Source: a virus
Strand: one strand, 5' to 3'
IMG/VR virus record: IMGVR_UViG_3300020401_000016
Coordinates: 5,863-69,862 of that record
Length of the DNA stretch: 64,000 bases
Of this stretch, positions 37,819 through 46,757 are shown piece after piece; within the stretch, counting starts at the first letter, position 1; each line of letters starts with the position of its first letter. The position numbers and the translations under genes were made by a program. The notes below the pieces were generated by a model. That model searched no databases, had not been told where the DNA came from, and saw only the letters and a program-made list of their open reading frames with translations.

Positions 37819-38850
37819 ATGGCAAGTTTAACAACACTACTAAAAAACAAATACTCGTTTTTCGTTGGTAACGAGCAAAACCTTGAAAGAGGTGAAATAT
37901 ATTCTTACTATCCAGGTAACCACTACACGAACTTTAGATGTCACGTGTGTTGGGTTCCACCAAGAGCAGGTTGTGCCAGAATAGAAATTTGGGGTGCAGG
38001 CGGTTCAGGTGCAGAGATGTGCTGTTGTGGTGGAGGATTACCAGGAAACCCAGGTGCATATTCAACAAAATGTATAAGAATTGAACAAGCAGATATTGAT
38101 GCTGGAACAACTTTTGTATGTGGTGTAATTGGTTTTAGTTGTGGTAACGCAAGTGATTTATGTCACAGAGGAAGATCAGAGCCAACACAAATTTGTTGGT
38201 TTGGTAACAATGGCGCAGATGGTTGTATGTGTGCTCAAGGTGGTAAAGGTGGATACTCTTATTGTTCAACTGGAACATCATTGTACTGTTGTTTTGTAGC
38301 AGGCGGATTCTGCGGAAACAGAGTAGGTAACGATGGTTGTGGAGTTGTATGTAATTACAAAGGTGCCGCTGATACTGATTGGTGTGCTCAAGCATATGGT
38401 GGAGACCTTAACTGTTATGGTGGTTTCTCTTGTGCAAGATTTGAAAGATGTCAACCAAACTGTAACTGCGGTAAGATAATGATTTTAAGAATACCAGCAG
38501 GTATGTGGTCAGAATGTGGTGGAGAGATTCATTACACAGTTGACCAAAATGGTAGAAGATACAGACACTCAGGTGCAGGTGGACACCACGGTGCAACTCA
38601 CCCATTAAACTTAATGGGAAGAAATCCAACACAAGGAGCGGCTTACACTGCTTGTTGGACAGGAAATACTAGTTGTGGATGTTATGAATGGAATGGTTGT
38701 ACAGCATTTATGCCAGCAGGTATTCCAGGACAAGGACCAACACCATGTGATGGTGTAAGAGATCACGCACACAGAGGTGGACATGGTATGATTAGAATAA
38801 GATTTATAGCGGATGTGGATGAAGATCCAACATACCCAGAATACCAATAG
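37819..38850 (+). CDS. Cys/Gly-rich putative fibre-tip protein 2
   Basis: Same motifs; about 31 Cys in 343 aa. Confidence 0.7.
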   Translation: MASLTTLLKNKYSFFVGNEQNLERGEIYSYYPGNHYTNFRCHVCWVPPRAGCARIEIWGAGGSGAEMCCCGGGLPGNPGAYSTKCIRIEQADIDAGTTFVCGVIGFSCGNASDLCHRGRSEPTQICWFGNNGADGCMCAQGGKGGYSYCSTGTSLYCCFVAGGFCGNRVGNDGCGVVCNYKGAADTDWCAQAYGGDLNCYGGFSCARFERCQPNCNCGKIMILRIPAGMWSECGGEIHYTVDQNGRRYRHSGAGGHHGATHPLNLMGRNPTQGAAYTACWTGNTSCGCYEWNGCTAFMPAGIPGQGPTPCDGVRDHAHRGGHGMIRIRFIADVDEDPTYPEYQ

Positions 38851-38865
38851 GAGTAAATAAAGTAT

Positions 38866-39834
38866 ATGGCAACACTTAAAGGACTTTTAATACAGAGAAA
38901 TACTGCTGTACCTCAGGAAGAAAACCTAGAAAAAGGTTATATCTGGTCATGGACTCCTGGTTCAGATTTTACAAACTTTTGTAACGGTATATGTTGGACT
39001 GCTCCATCAAACGGCGCCGCACTAATTGAGATTTGGGGTGCTGGTGGATCTGGTTCAAGAATGTGTTGTTGTGGTGACGGATTACCAGGAAATGCTGGTG
39101 CATACGTTAAAAAATCTATTCAAGTAGAACAAGGTGACACAGTAACTGGTTGTACAGGTATGCCATGTTACGCTCACCCATTATGTTTTTCAGGCTGTTC
39201 AAATGCAACAGGAGTTTGTATTGTAACAGCATCAAGCGGCGACTTATGTATGTGTGCTGAAGGTGGAAGAGGTGGTACTTCTTTCTGTAACCCAAACACA
39301 CACTCAATATACTGTTGTTTCAGAGCAAACGGTTTCTGCGGTACAAGATGTAACGAAAACTATTGTGGAGTGATTTGTAATCACTGCTCAGGAGGCTGGT
39401 GTGCATTTGGTTACGGCGGAGATGTATGTTGCTGTGGACAAGTTGGTTGTGTAAGTTTCTTTGGATGTTATCCGCATTGTAAATGTCAATTCCAAAGACA
39501 CGTACCAACTCCAGCAGGATTATTTGCAGAAGAAGGCGCATTGATTACTTTCCAAACTGAGTCGGATGGAACTCCGATGTCACAATGGTCAGGTAACCAA
39601 TTATTCCAGTTTTATGCGGCACTAAACTCAACTTCAAGAGCACCTAGAATGGGTACTCCAAACAGTTATTGTTGGAGATCAGATAGGTCTTGTGGTTGTT
39701 ATGAATCTCAAGGTTGTTCAAACTACCTTCCAGTAGGAACAGGTGGTATTGGACCTAATGCTTGTCCGGATGTTAGAGATCACGGTATAAGAGGTGGATT
39801 CGGTGGCGTAAGAATCAAGTTTTTAGCAGATTAA
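38866..39834 (+). CDS. Cys/Gly-rich putative fibre-tip protein 3
   Basis: Same motifs; about 33 Cys in 322 aa. Confidence 0.7.
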   Translation: MATLKGLLIQRNTAVPQEENLEKGYIWSWTPGSDFTNFCNGICWTAPSNGAALIEIWGAGGSGSRMCCCGDGLPGNAGAYVKKSIQVEQGDTVTGCTGMPCYAHPLCFSGCSNATGVCIVTASSGDLCMCAEGGRGGTSFCNPNTHSIYCCFRANGFCGTRCNENYCGVICNHCSGGWCAFGYGGDVCCCGQVGCVSFFGCYPHCKCQFQRHVPTPAGLFAEEGALITFQTESDGTPMSQWSGNQLFQFYAALNSTSRAPRMGTPNSYCWRSDRSCGCYESQGCSNYLPVGTGGIGPNACPDVRDHGIRGGFGGVRIKFLAD

Positions 39835-39881
39835 TAACGAAATCCGCTAAATAGAAGTATTAAAATATAGGAGCAAAACAA

Positions 39882-40529
39882 ATGGCAATTACAGTAAACT
39901 TTGACATACCAATGCCAAACGAGCCATATGTGAACGACTTTAGCGATGGCAACACGCAATCGGCTACATACAAGGGTCCAAGATACTGGAAAGTAGAAAA
40001 ATCGGATTCCGATGGAACGATTGGTGCCGTAATTGCTGATGGCGACACAGAAGCAGAGTTGGATAATGGTATACCAGCAAGAGAAGGAACTTCCTTCCAC
40101 GTAATAGATGCACAACAAAATCCATTACAAGCGTCGTACATTACAGGATTCTATGAAACAGGTGATGTTGCAGACTACGAAGAAGACATCGGAACAACTG
40201 ATGCAGAAGGAAATGCAGAAACATGGACGTATTATTGGAACGATAATACAGGATGTATATCTCAAATATACTTACATGGTACATTGAAGTTTGATGGTAC
40301 AAACTACACAGGTCCTGATTTCAGAGCTCATGCAATAGCGGAAGATTCTTTTAACAGCACATTTGCTAATCAAAAAGCAATCATCCAAGCAGAAATTGAC
40401 AGCGGTAATCACCCTGCAGAAAAAGTAACAGAACTTAACGCCTACATTACATGGTTGGATAATGCACCAACAAAATATGCAGGTGTAAAACACTGGAAAA
40501 TCCCTTTTCCAGCATTCCCAGAACTTTAA
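39882..40529 (+). CDS. Putative tail-fibre assembly chaperone
   Basis: Follows the tip genes; C-terminal Y..WL...P......W.IPFP..P resembles fibre chaperone ends. Confidence 0.5.
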   Translation: MAITVNFDIPMPNEPYVNDFSDGNTQSATYKGPRYWKVEKSDSDGTIGAVIADGDTEAELDNGIPAREGTSFHVIDAQQNPLQASYITGFYETGDVADYEEDIGTTDAEGNAETWTYYWNDNTGCISQIYLHGTLKFDGTNYTGPDFRAHAIAEDSFNSTFANQKAIIQAEIDSGNHPAEKVTELNAYITWLDNAPTKYAGVKHWKIPFPAFPEL

Positions 40530-40578
40530 GATCCAAGAATCATTCATGTAACTGTGTGTTATCGATACATACAGTTAC

Positions 40579-41532
40579 ATGAACACTCAAACTGAAAGAT
40601 CCAAAGCAATATTTCTAAACGGTGGCATAGGAAGAATTCTATGTGCAATTCCGGCAATAGAAAAATATCAAAAAGAATCAGGTGACGAAGATTTTATCGT
40701 TGTCATCGAAGGAAAATGTAACATATTAGATGGGCATCCAACATTGGATAGTAAAGCCTACGATATGTATCACAAAAATTTATTCCATACACACATTAAA
40801 AAGAGAGATATTATAAGTCCTGAACCTTATAGAGTATACGAATATTTTTCTCAACAATGTAACTTATCTCAAGCATTTGATATTATATTAAATGACAAAG
40901 GTATTAGAGAGTTAGATAAACCTAAACTTTATCTTTCTAAAGAAGAAAAATTAAAAGCAACAGAAATTTTAAAAGAATGCAAAGAAAAAATTAAAGCAGA
41001 CAAGTATGTTATATTTCAACCTTTTGGAAGAGCAATAAAACAAATAGATTCTAGTTTTGTTGATCCAAGTAACAGAAGTATTGAGTACACAAATTTTAAG
41101 AATATTATTAGAAAATTACACAAAGAAAAGGTTGGTGTAATTGTTATGAGCGATTTTGGGATAGAACTTAAAAAAGAAAATTTTGAAATGGACGTCGCAC
41201 AACCTGAAAATATAGATTTAAGAATATGGGCGGCAATTATTGAACAAGTTGATCATTTTATTGGTTGTGATTCTGTTGGACAACACTTTGCTTACAGTTT
41301 AGGAACTCCGTCAACAGTAATAACAGGAGCAACATTTCCAGAAAACACAACATATCCAGATAAAGAAGGTGTAAACATTGTTGATCTTGGACAAAATGAT
41401 AGACAGTATGACCCTATTAGAATTACTTTCGACGAAAGAATTAGTCGAGTTAATGAAAACCTAATGTTTATGACTCCAGAAATAGAAGACTATGTTATAG
41501 ACACAATAATGGGAAGGCAAACCGATGAGTAA
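40579..41532 (+). CDS. GT9-like (heptosyltransferase-fold) glycosyltransferase
   Basis: GGIGRIL...PAI, KPKLYLS, IFQPFG, WAAII...DHFIGCDSVGQHFAY. Confidence 0.65.
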   Translation: MNTQTERSKAIFLNGGIGRILCAIPAIEKYQKESGDEDFIVVIEGKCNILDGHPTLDSKAYDMYHKNLFHTHIKKRDIISPEPYRVYEYFSQQCNLSQAFDIILNDKGIRELDKPKLYLSKEEKLKATEILKECKEKIKADKYVIFQPFGRAIKQIDSSFVDPSNRSIEYTNFKNIIRKLHKEKVGVIVMSDFGIELKKENFEMDVAQPENIDLRIWAAIIEQVDHFIGCDSVGQHFAYSLGTPSTVITGATFPENTTYPDKEGVNIVDLGQNDRQYDPIRITFDERISRVNENLMFMTPEIEDYVIDTIMGRQTDE

Positions 41533-43339
41533 GAAAACAGGATACATAGCCGCAATAGCCAGAGGACACAATTCCGGTGTATGTTTGTTAAAAGATGGTA
41601 AAATAGTTTTTTCTATTGAAGAAGAAAGATTGAGTCGAGTAAAATACGATGGTGGTCCATATGCTTCAATGGTAAAAATATTAGAATACACAGATAAAAT
41701 TGATTATCTAGTTATTGCACATACTCAGTCATTGAAAGATAGAAGCACAGGTAGAGTAGATTATAATGGTGATGATGTTTACACAGGACTAGCAAGAAAA
41801 TTAGGATTAATAGATAAGAGAGGCACAGCAAAATCTCCAGATCATCCACAAGTAATTGACCTTTCACATATACACCACAAACTACACGCCGCTTTGGCTT
41901 TTTATAGATCAGGTTGGGACGATGCCGCGGCACTTATTGTTGACGGTGCTGGAACTTTTATTCCTGCAACTCACAGTGCAGGTCATCAGATGACTGTGTT
42001 TGAAACAGAAACAATTTTTGATTGTGCTTATCCTAACGATTTTATAACAAAATATAAACACTATGGAACAAGTGAAAATTGTCAGTGTGCATATATTCCT
42101 GCCTATCCATCAGATTCGATGGGTGAACCAGGAAGTACACATGAAGCAGTTTTTTCTGACAGAGCAGGAATAGTAAAAGTTTATGAAGCAGTTACACAAT
42201 ACTGCGGATTTAGTGCCATTGAAGCAGGTAAAACAATGGGACTATTTCCTTATGGAAAACCAAATAAAGAAATTCCTGAACTGTTTGTACACAATGGTAA
42301 AGGAACTTTAAGTAATAGAAACTTGATAATTCCAACTTATCCTAATGCGGCTCTTGTAAATTATGACAATTATCATGCATTGGAAGAAAAATTACAAGTA
42401 GACCAAAAAGACTTAACGGAACTTCAAAGTAGAAGAGATCTGGCTTACGCTTGTCAAACTGATACACAAGAAGAAGTGCGAAAATTAATCTACAAAGCAG
42501 TTGAAATGACAGGCAAGAAAAAAGTTGTAATATCAGGCGGATATGGACTGAATTGTGTTGCAAATTATTATTACCTAGATACTTTACGCAAAGATGGTAT
42601 AGAGATATATGTAGAGCCAGTTTCAAATGATGCCGGAACGGCTATGGGAGCGGCTTTATTGTACTATTATTCATTGTCACAAAGCACAGATAAAGACACA
42701 ACTAAAACATTATACCTAGGTCCTAAATATGACCTTTCAAACAATGACATAATGAAATACAATGACGAAGACGGCATTGAAGTTGTAGATTCTACAGATG
42801 AAGAAATTGCAAAACTGTTGACTGAAAAAAATATTGTTGCTTTATGGCAAGGTCAATCGGAAAACGGCCCTAGAGCATTAGGTAATAGAAGTTTATTATT
42901 TGATCCACGTTTTAAAGATGGTAAAGATTATGTTAATAGAGTAAAAAGAAGAGAATACTTTAGACCTTTTGCTGGATCTATACTGCATGAATACACACAT
43001 GAATGGTTTGATTTGCGTGGCATGGAGGAAACTCCACACATGATGTATGCAGTAAATTGTAAACCAGGTGTTGAAGAAAAAATACCTAGCATTATACACG
43101 TAGATGGAACTTGTAGGATTCAAAGTGTTAAAAAAGAAGACAATGAATTGTACTATAGATTAATTAAAAAGTTCCATGAAATGACAGAATGTCCTATTGT
43201 GTTTAACACTTCTTTCAATTTAGGTGGTGAACCTTTAGTGGAAACTCTTGATGATGCAGTTAGAACTTTACAAAATTCAGATATAGAATATCTATACTTG
43301 ATTGAATATGGTAAATTAGTGAAGGTGAAAAATGGATAG
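41525..43339 (+). CDS. Carbamoyltransferase, NodU/CmcH family
   Basis: EEERLSRVK, HHKLHA, DGAG, GKTMGL..YG, SGGYGLNCVAN, DAGTAMGAA, GPRALGNRS, KRREYFRPFA, HVDGTCRIQ, NTSFNLGGEP. Confidence 0.93.
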   Translation: MSKKTGYIAAIARGHNSGVCLLKDGKIVFSIEEERLSRVKYDGGPYASMVKILEYTDKIDYLVIAHTQSLKDRSTGRVDYNGDDVYTGLARKLGLIDKRGTAKSPDHPQVIDLSHIHHKLHAALAFYRSGWDDAAALIVDGAGTFIPATHSAGHQMTVFETETIFDCAYPNDFITKYKHYGTSENCQCAYIPAYPSDSMGEPGSTHEAVFSDRAGIVKVYEAVTQYCGFSAIEAGKTMGLFPYGKPNKEIPELFVHNGKGTLSNRNLIIPTYPNAALVNYDNYHALEEKLQVDQKDLTELQSRRDLAYACQTDTQEEVRKLIYKAVEMTGKKKVVISGGYGLNCVANYYYLDTLRKDGIEIYVEPVSNDAGTAMGAALLYYYSLSQSTDKDTTKTLYLGPKYDLSNNDIMKYNDEDGIEVVDSTDEEIAKLLTEKNIVALWQGQSENGPRALGNRSLLFDPRFKDGKDYVNRVKRREYFRPFAGSILHEYTHEWFDLRGMEETPHMMYAVNCKPGVEEKIPSIIHVDGTCRIQSVKKEDNELYYRLIKKFHEMTECPIVFNTSFNLGGEPLVETLDDAVRTLQNSDIEYLYLIEYGKLVKVKNG

Positions 43340-44288
43340 ACAAAGTGCTTTTTTTATGAATGGTGGTGCTGGTAGGCATATTAGTTCCATACCCGCTTTA
43401 GAATTATATGCTAAAGAAAATCCTGATGATGATTTTATAATTGTTTGTGAAGGTGGAACAGATGCGTACAAAGGTCATCCTTTATTACATTTTAGAGCAT
43501 ATGACAATTGGCACAAAAACTTATTTCAAGATTTATTAAAAGATAGAAACCTTATTTCTCCTGAACCATACAGAGTATGGGAATACTACAATCAAAAATG
43601 CAGTCTGGCGGAAGCATATGACATTGCAATTAATAAAAAAGGTCTTCGTAAATTACCTAAACCAAGGATATATCTTTCTAAAGAAGAAATTTTAATGGCA
43701 AGACAGATGATAGGTGAAGTAAAAGAAAAAACAAAGAAAAATAAAATTGTTTTAATACAGCCTTTTGGCAGAGGTGCTGAGAAAAAATCAGAATCTGAAG
43801 TTGTTGATTTGACAGGTAGAAGCATAGAGTTGAAAAACTTATGGGCTATAATAAAAAAATTAAGCAAAGATTACGGTGTAATGGTGATGAGTGAGTTTGG
43901 TTTAGAATTTAAAACGCATGGCGGAATAAATCAACCCGTTGCACTGCCTTTACAGACACACATAAGAATATGGGCCGCATTAATCAAGCAGGTAGAACAT
44001 TTTGTTGGGTGTGATTCAGTAGGGCAACACATTGCATATTCATTTGATAAAACTATGACAGTGCTAATAGGCAGTACTTTCCCAATTAATACGTCTTTTC
44101 CAGACAATGACAAAGTAGACATCATTGATTTAGGCAAAGATAGCCGTATATACAGTCCTATACGTATTACACAGGACGAATATTCCGACCGTCTAAATGA
44201 AGGAATCATGGAAATGGACGAAAATCAAGAGCAAAAAGTGGTCAATTCCGTGAAGTTCATGATCAAGCACAAACACAAAAAAAAGTAG
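43332..44288 (+). CDS. GT9-like glycosyltransferase (paralogue of 40579)
   Basis: GGAGRHI, SPEPYRV.EY..Q.C, IQPFG, HFVGCDSVGQHIAY. Confidence 0.65.
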   Translation: MDRQSAFFMNGGAGRHISSIPALELYAKENPDDDFIIVCEGGTDAYKGHPLLHFRAYDNWHKNLFQDLLKDRNLISPEPYRVWEYYNQKCSLAEAYDIAINKKGLRKLPKPRIYLSKEEILMARQMIGEVKEKTKKNKIVLIQPFGRGAEKKSESEVVDLTGRSIELKNLWAIIKKLSKDYGVMVMSEFGLEFKTHGGINQPVALPLQTHIRIWAALIKQVEHFVGCDSVGQHIAYSFDKTMTVLIGSTFPINTSFPDNDKVDIIDLGKDSRIYSPIRITQDEYSDRLNEGIMEMDENQEQKVVNSVKFMIKHKHKKK

Positions 44289-44343
44289 TTTTTCAATTCC
44301 TATAAAAATAGGTAAATACACGTAAAAGAAGTAGATTACACTT

Positions 44344-44841
44344 ATGTTTGACGTATCAAGACTATTTGGCAAGGGAATTAGAAACACATTATTGTTGAAG
44401 AATGGACTTCAATTGTCCTATAACGGCCCATATGTGGTTGTTGGAACTGACACAGTAATGGATCAATTCCATGTAAACACATTTTGCACAGCAGAATATA
44501 CAATGTCTGTGGATTATGATACAAATAACAAAGAGATTATCAAAGTATTAGTAAGTGCTACACCATCTAACAGTTCTGTAACTGTTTACGGTAGAAGTAA
44601 TATGGGCAATGATTTAGTGAATATTACAAGCACTGTAAACAATTCATATGTAAGAATTGTATTAAATCCAGCACAAAAAACTCCAACTACTACATACGCA
44701 GGAGCCAAAGTTATTTTTAGTGCAACTTATTTTCAAACACAGAATGCCTTACAAGGTGGAGCGGCAGAACTTATTAATTCAGGCAACAACTATGACAACA
44801 CAAATGTAAACAGTGGACAAGGTGGAGGAAGTGGTTATTAA
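44344..44841 (+). CDS. Probable virion structural protein
   Basis: Beta-rich D.F.....TAEY pattern; late promoter TAAATA upstream. Confidence 0.55.
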   Translation: MFDVSRLFGKGIRNTLLLKNGLQLSYNGPYVVVGTDTVMDQFHVNTFCTAEYTMSVDYDTNNKEIIKVLVSATPSNSSVTVYGRSNMGNDLVNITSTVNNSYVRIVLNPAQKTPTTTYAGAKVIFSATYFQTQNALQGGAAELINSGNNYDNTNVNSGQGGGSGY

Positions 44842-44876
44842 AATTGCAAAATAAATTTTAATAAATATAGAAAAAG

Positions 44877-46754
44877 ATGGCTATCAACTACAAACAATTT
44901 GAAACACAATCAGGTTTTAAAAGTCCCGGCTTTACAGTTGACACAGCGGGTAACGTTGTTGTAAGAACACTTACCCAAACGTTTATTCCTGAAGAAGCAA
45001 CTACGCCACCTGATTTTACAGTTACAGAAAATGCAGGTGCATTTAATATTGCTAACTTTAGCGGTGATAATCCTACTATATCTTTAACAAGAGGTGAATC
45101 AAAAACTTTATCTTTAAACTTAACAAGTTTAGGATTTAACTTTTTTAGACCGTCAGATGCTAATCCAAATGTTCCAGGCACTTTATTAAGCACAGGTTTA
45201 AGTCATGCAAATGTAGTAACAGGTAATACAATCACAACTGGAGAATGGACATTTACACAATCTTGGGTACAAGAAGCAAGTTTTGATAGAAAAGTAAAAG
45301 TTACAGTTCCAGATGTAGCAACAATAACAAAATTAAGCGGTAAAAAAATACCAGTTGTAATAGCATTGCATGATGTTGGAAGCACAATGTCATCTGTAAC
45401 TGATAGTGTAAACTTTATTACAGATAAAATTTTAATTGCTCCTCAAGGATATAAAAATACATGGAACGTAGGATACAGCACTAGTCAAGCAGATGATCAA
45501 GCATTAATTGATAGTATTTTAACAAAATTAGAAACTTATGATAATGTTGATACGCGAGACATTACATTTATTGGCTATGGCGTAGGCGGACAATTAGCAT
45601 CACAATATTTCATACAAACACAAAAAACAAATTTAAAAAATTTAGTTTTAATATCAAGTTTATTACACTTTGACCAACACAAAGTTACGTATGATTCTCA
45701 AAATAATAGAGTAGACACATTTTATTCTTTAACATTGAATCCATTACAAGCAGAAGATTCAACTCAAATGATTTGGTCACCAGTAACACCGCTATCAGGA
45801 AGAAATTATTTGATGTTTAATGGTACAAATAATTTAGATTGGCCTTACACAGGCGGAATTGCAAATGGATTGGAATTAAAAAGTGCTCAAGATACAATTT
45901 ATGCATGGGCAAAAGCAGAAAACGATATAGCAGATCAATTAACATCTGGTGCGATTCAACCAGGTGGAGAAACTTTGTACAGTTATAAAAATGGCGCACT
46001 AAGATTATTTGCATACGACGGTGTAGGAAGTAACTTTGGTGAATACTTAACTGGCTTACAAAATTATATCACAACACAAATTGATGTTTCATCATATGAA
46101 AACATTCCTGTTGCAACAACTTTAACAGGTGCAGATGCACAAAATAAAAGCACAGGAACTTTAACAATAACTGTACCAGTTGACACTCCTGATACTATAT
46201 TCTACGGTGACGGAGATGGTAACCCGTTTGGAACGATTTCTATAGCAGATCCGACTTTTACAGGTATTGGAAGTTTTAGTGCAATTTTAAACACAGGCGA
46301 TTTGATTAGTAACGGACAAGATGCAGAAATATCATTACAGCCTACAGGATCGTATGGAACAGTTTCAATAAATCCAGCAGGTGGTGGATTTATTTCTAAC
46401 ATGGATATAAATGCAAGTTCAATTACCAGTGTAGGACAAACAACTTTAACACCTGTAAACGCAGATGTTGTGTTAAGTCCACAAGGCACAGGTATATTAA
46501 CTGTAAATCCTATTAATTTAAGCACATTAGACAACGTTGATATTGGTCAAACCACAGCAAGAAAAGGTTCTTTTTCATTGTTGGAAACGACCCAAGGAAC
46601 GTTAAATAACACTACAATAGGAGCAACTGTACCGACAACTGGTGCTTTTACCAGTGCAACAGTAACAAGTGCCCCTACTGATGCTAATGATGTGAGTAAC
46701 AAAAATTATGTAGACAGCACAAGTACAGTGTTGGCTATTGCGTTAGGAGTTTAA
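44877..46754 (+). CDS. Fibre-like protein with inserted degenerate alpha/beta-hydrolase domain
   Basis: PVVIALHD, LIAPQG...WN, DD.ALI, FIGYGVGG; C-terminal NKNYVD...AIALG. Confidence 0.75.
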   Translation: MAINYKQFETQSGFKSPGFTVDTAGNVVVRTLTQTFIPEEATTPPDFTVTENAGAFNIANFSGDNPTISLTRGESKTLSLNLTSLGFNFFRPSDANPNVPGTLLSTGLSHANVVTGNTITTGEWTFTQSWVQEASFDRKVKVTVPDVATITKLSGKKIPVVIALHDVGSTMSSVTDSVNFITDKILIAPQGYKNTWNVGYSTSQADDQALIDSILTKLETYDNVDTRDITFIGYGVGGQLASQYFIQTQKTNLKNLVLISSLLHFDQHKVTYDSQNNRVDTFYSLTLNPLQAEDSTQMIWSPVTPLSGRNYLMFNGTNNLDWPYTGGIANGLELKSAQDTIYAWAKAENDIADQLTSGAIQPGGETLYSYKNGALRLFAYDGVGSNFGEYLTGLQNYITTQIDVSSYENIPVATTLTGADAQNKSTGTLTITVPVDTPDTIFYGDGDGNPFGTISIADPTFTGIGSFSAILNTGDLISNGQDAEISLQPTGSYGTVSINPAGGGFISNMDINASSITSVGQTTLTPVNADVVLSPQGTGILTVNPINLSTLDNVDIGQTTARKGSFSLLETTQGTLNNTTIGATVPTTGAFTSATVTSAPTDANDVSNKNYVDSTSTVLAIALGV

Positions 46755-46757
46755 TAA

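Noticed and set aside
25161-39834. Diversity-generating retroelement acting on fibre tips
   Set aside because: No reverse transcriptase and no template/variable repeat pair differing at adenines was seen in the window.
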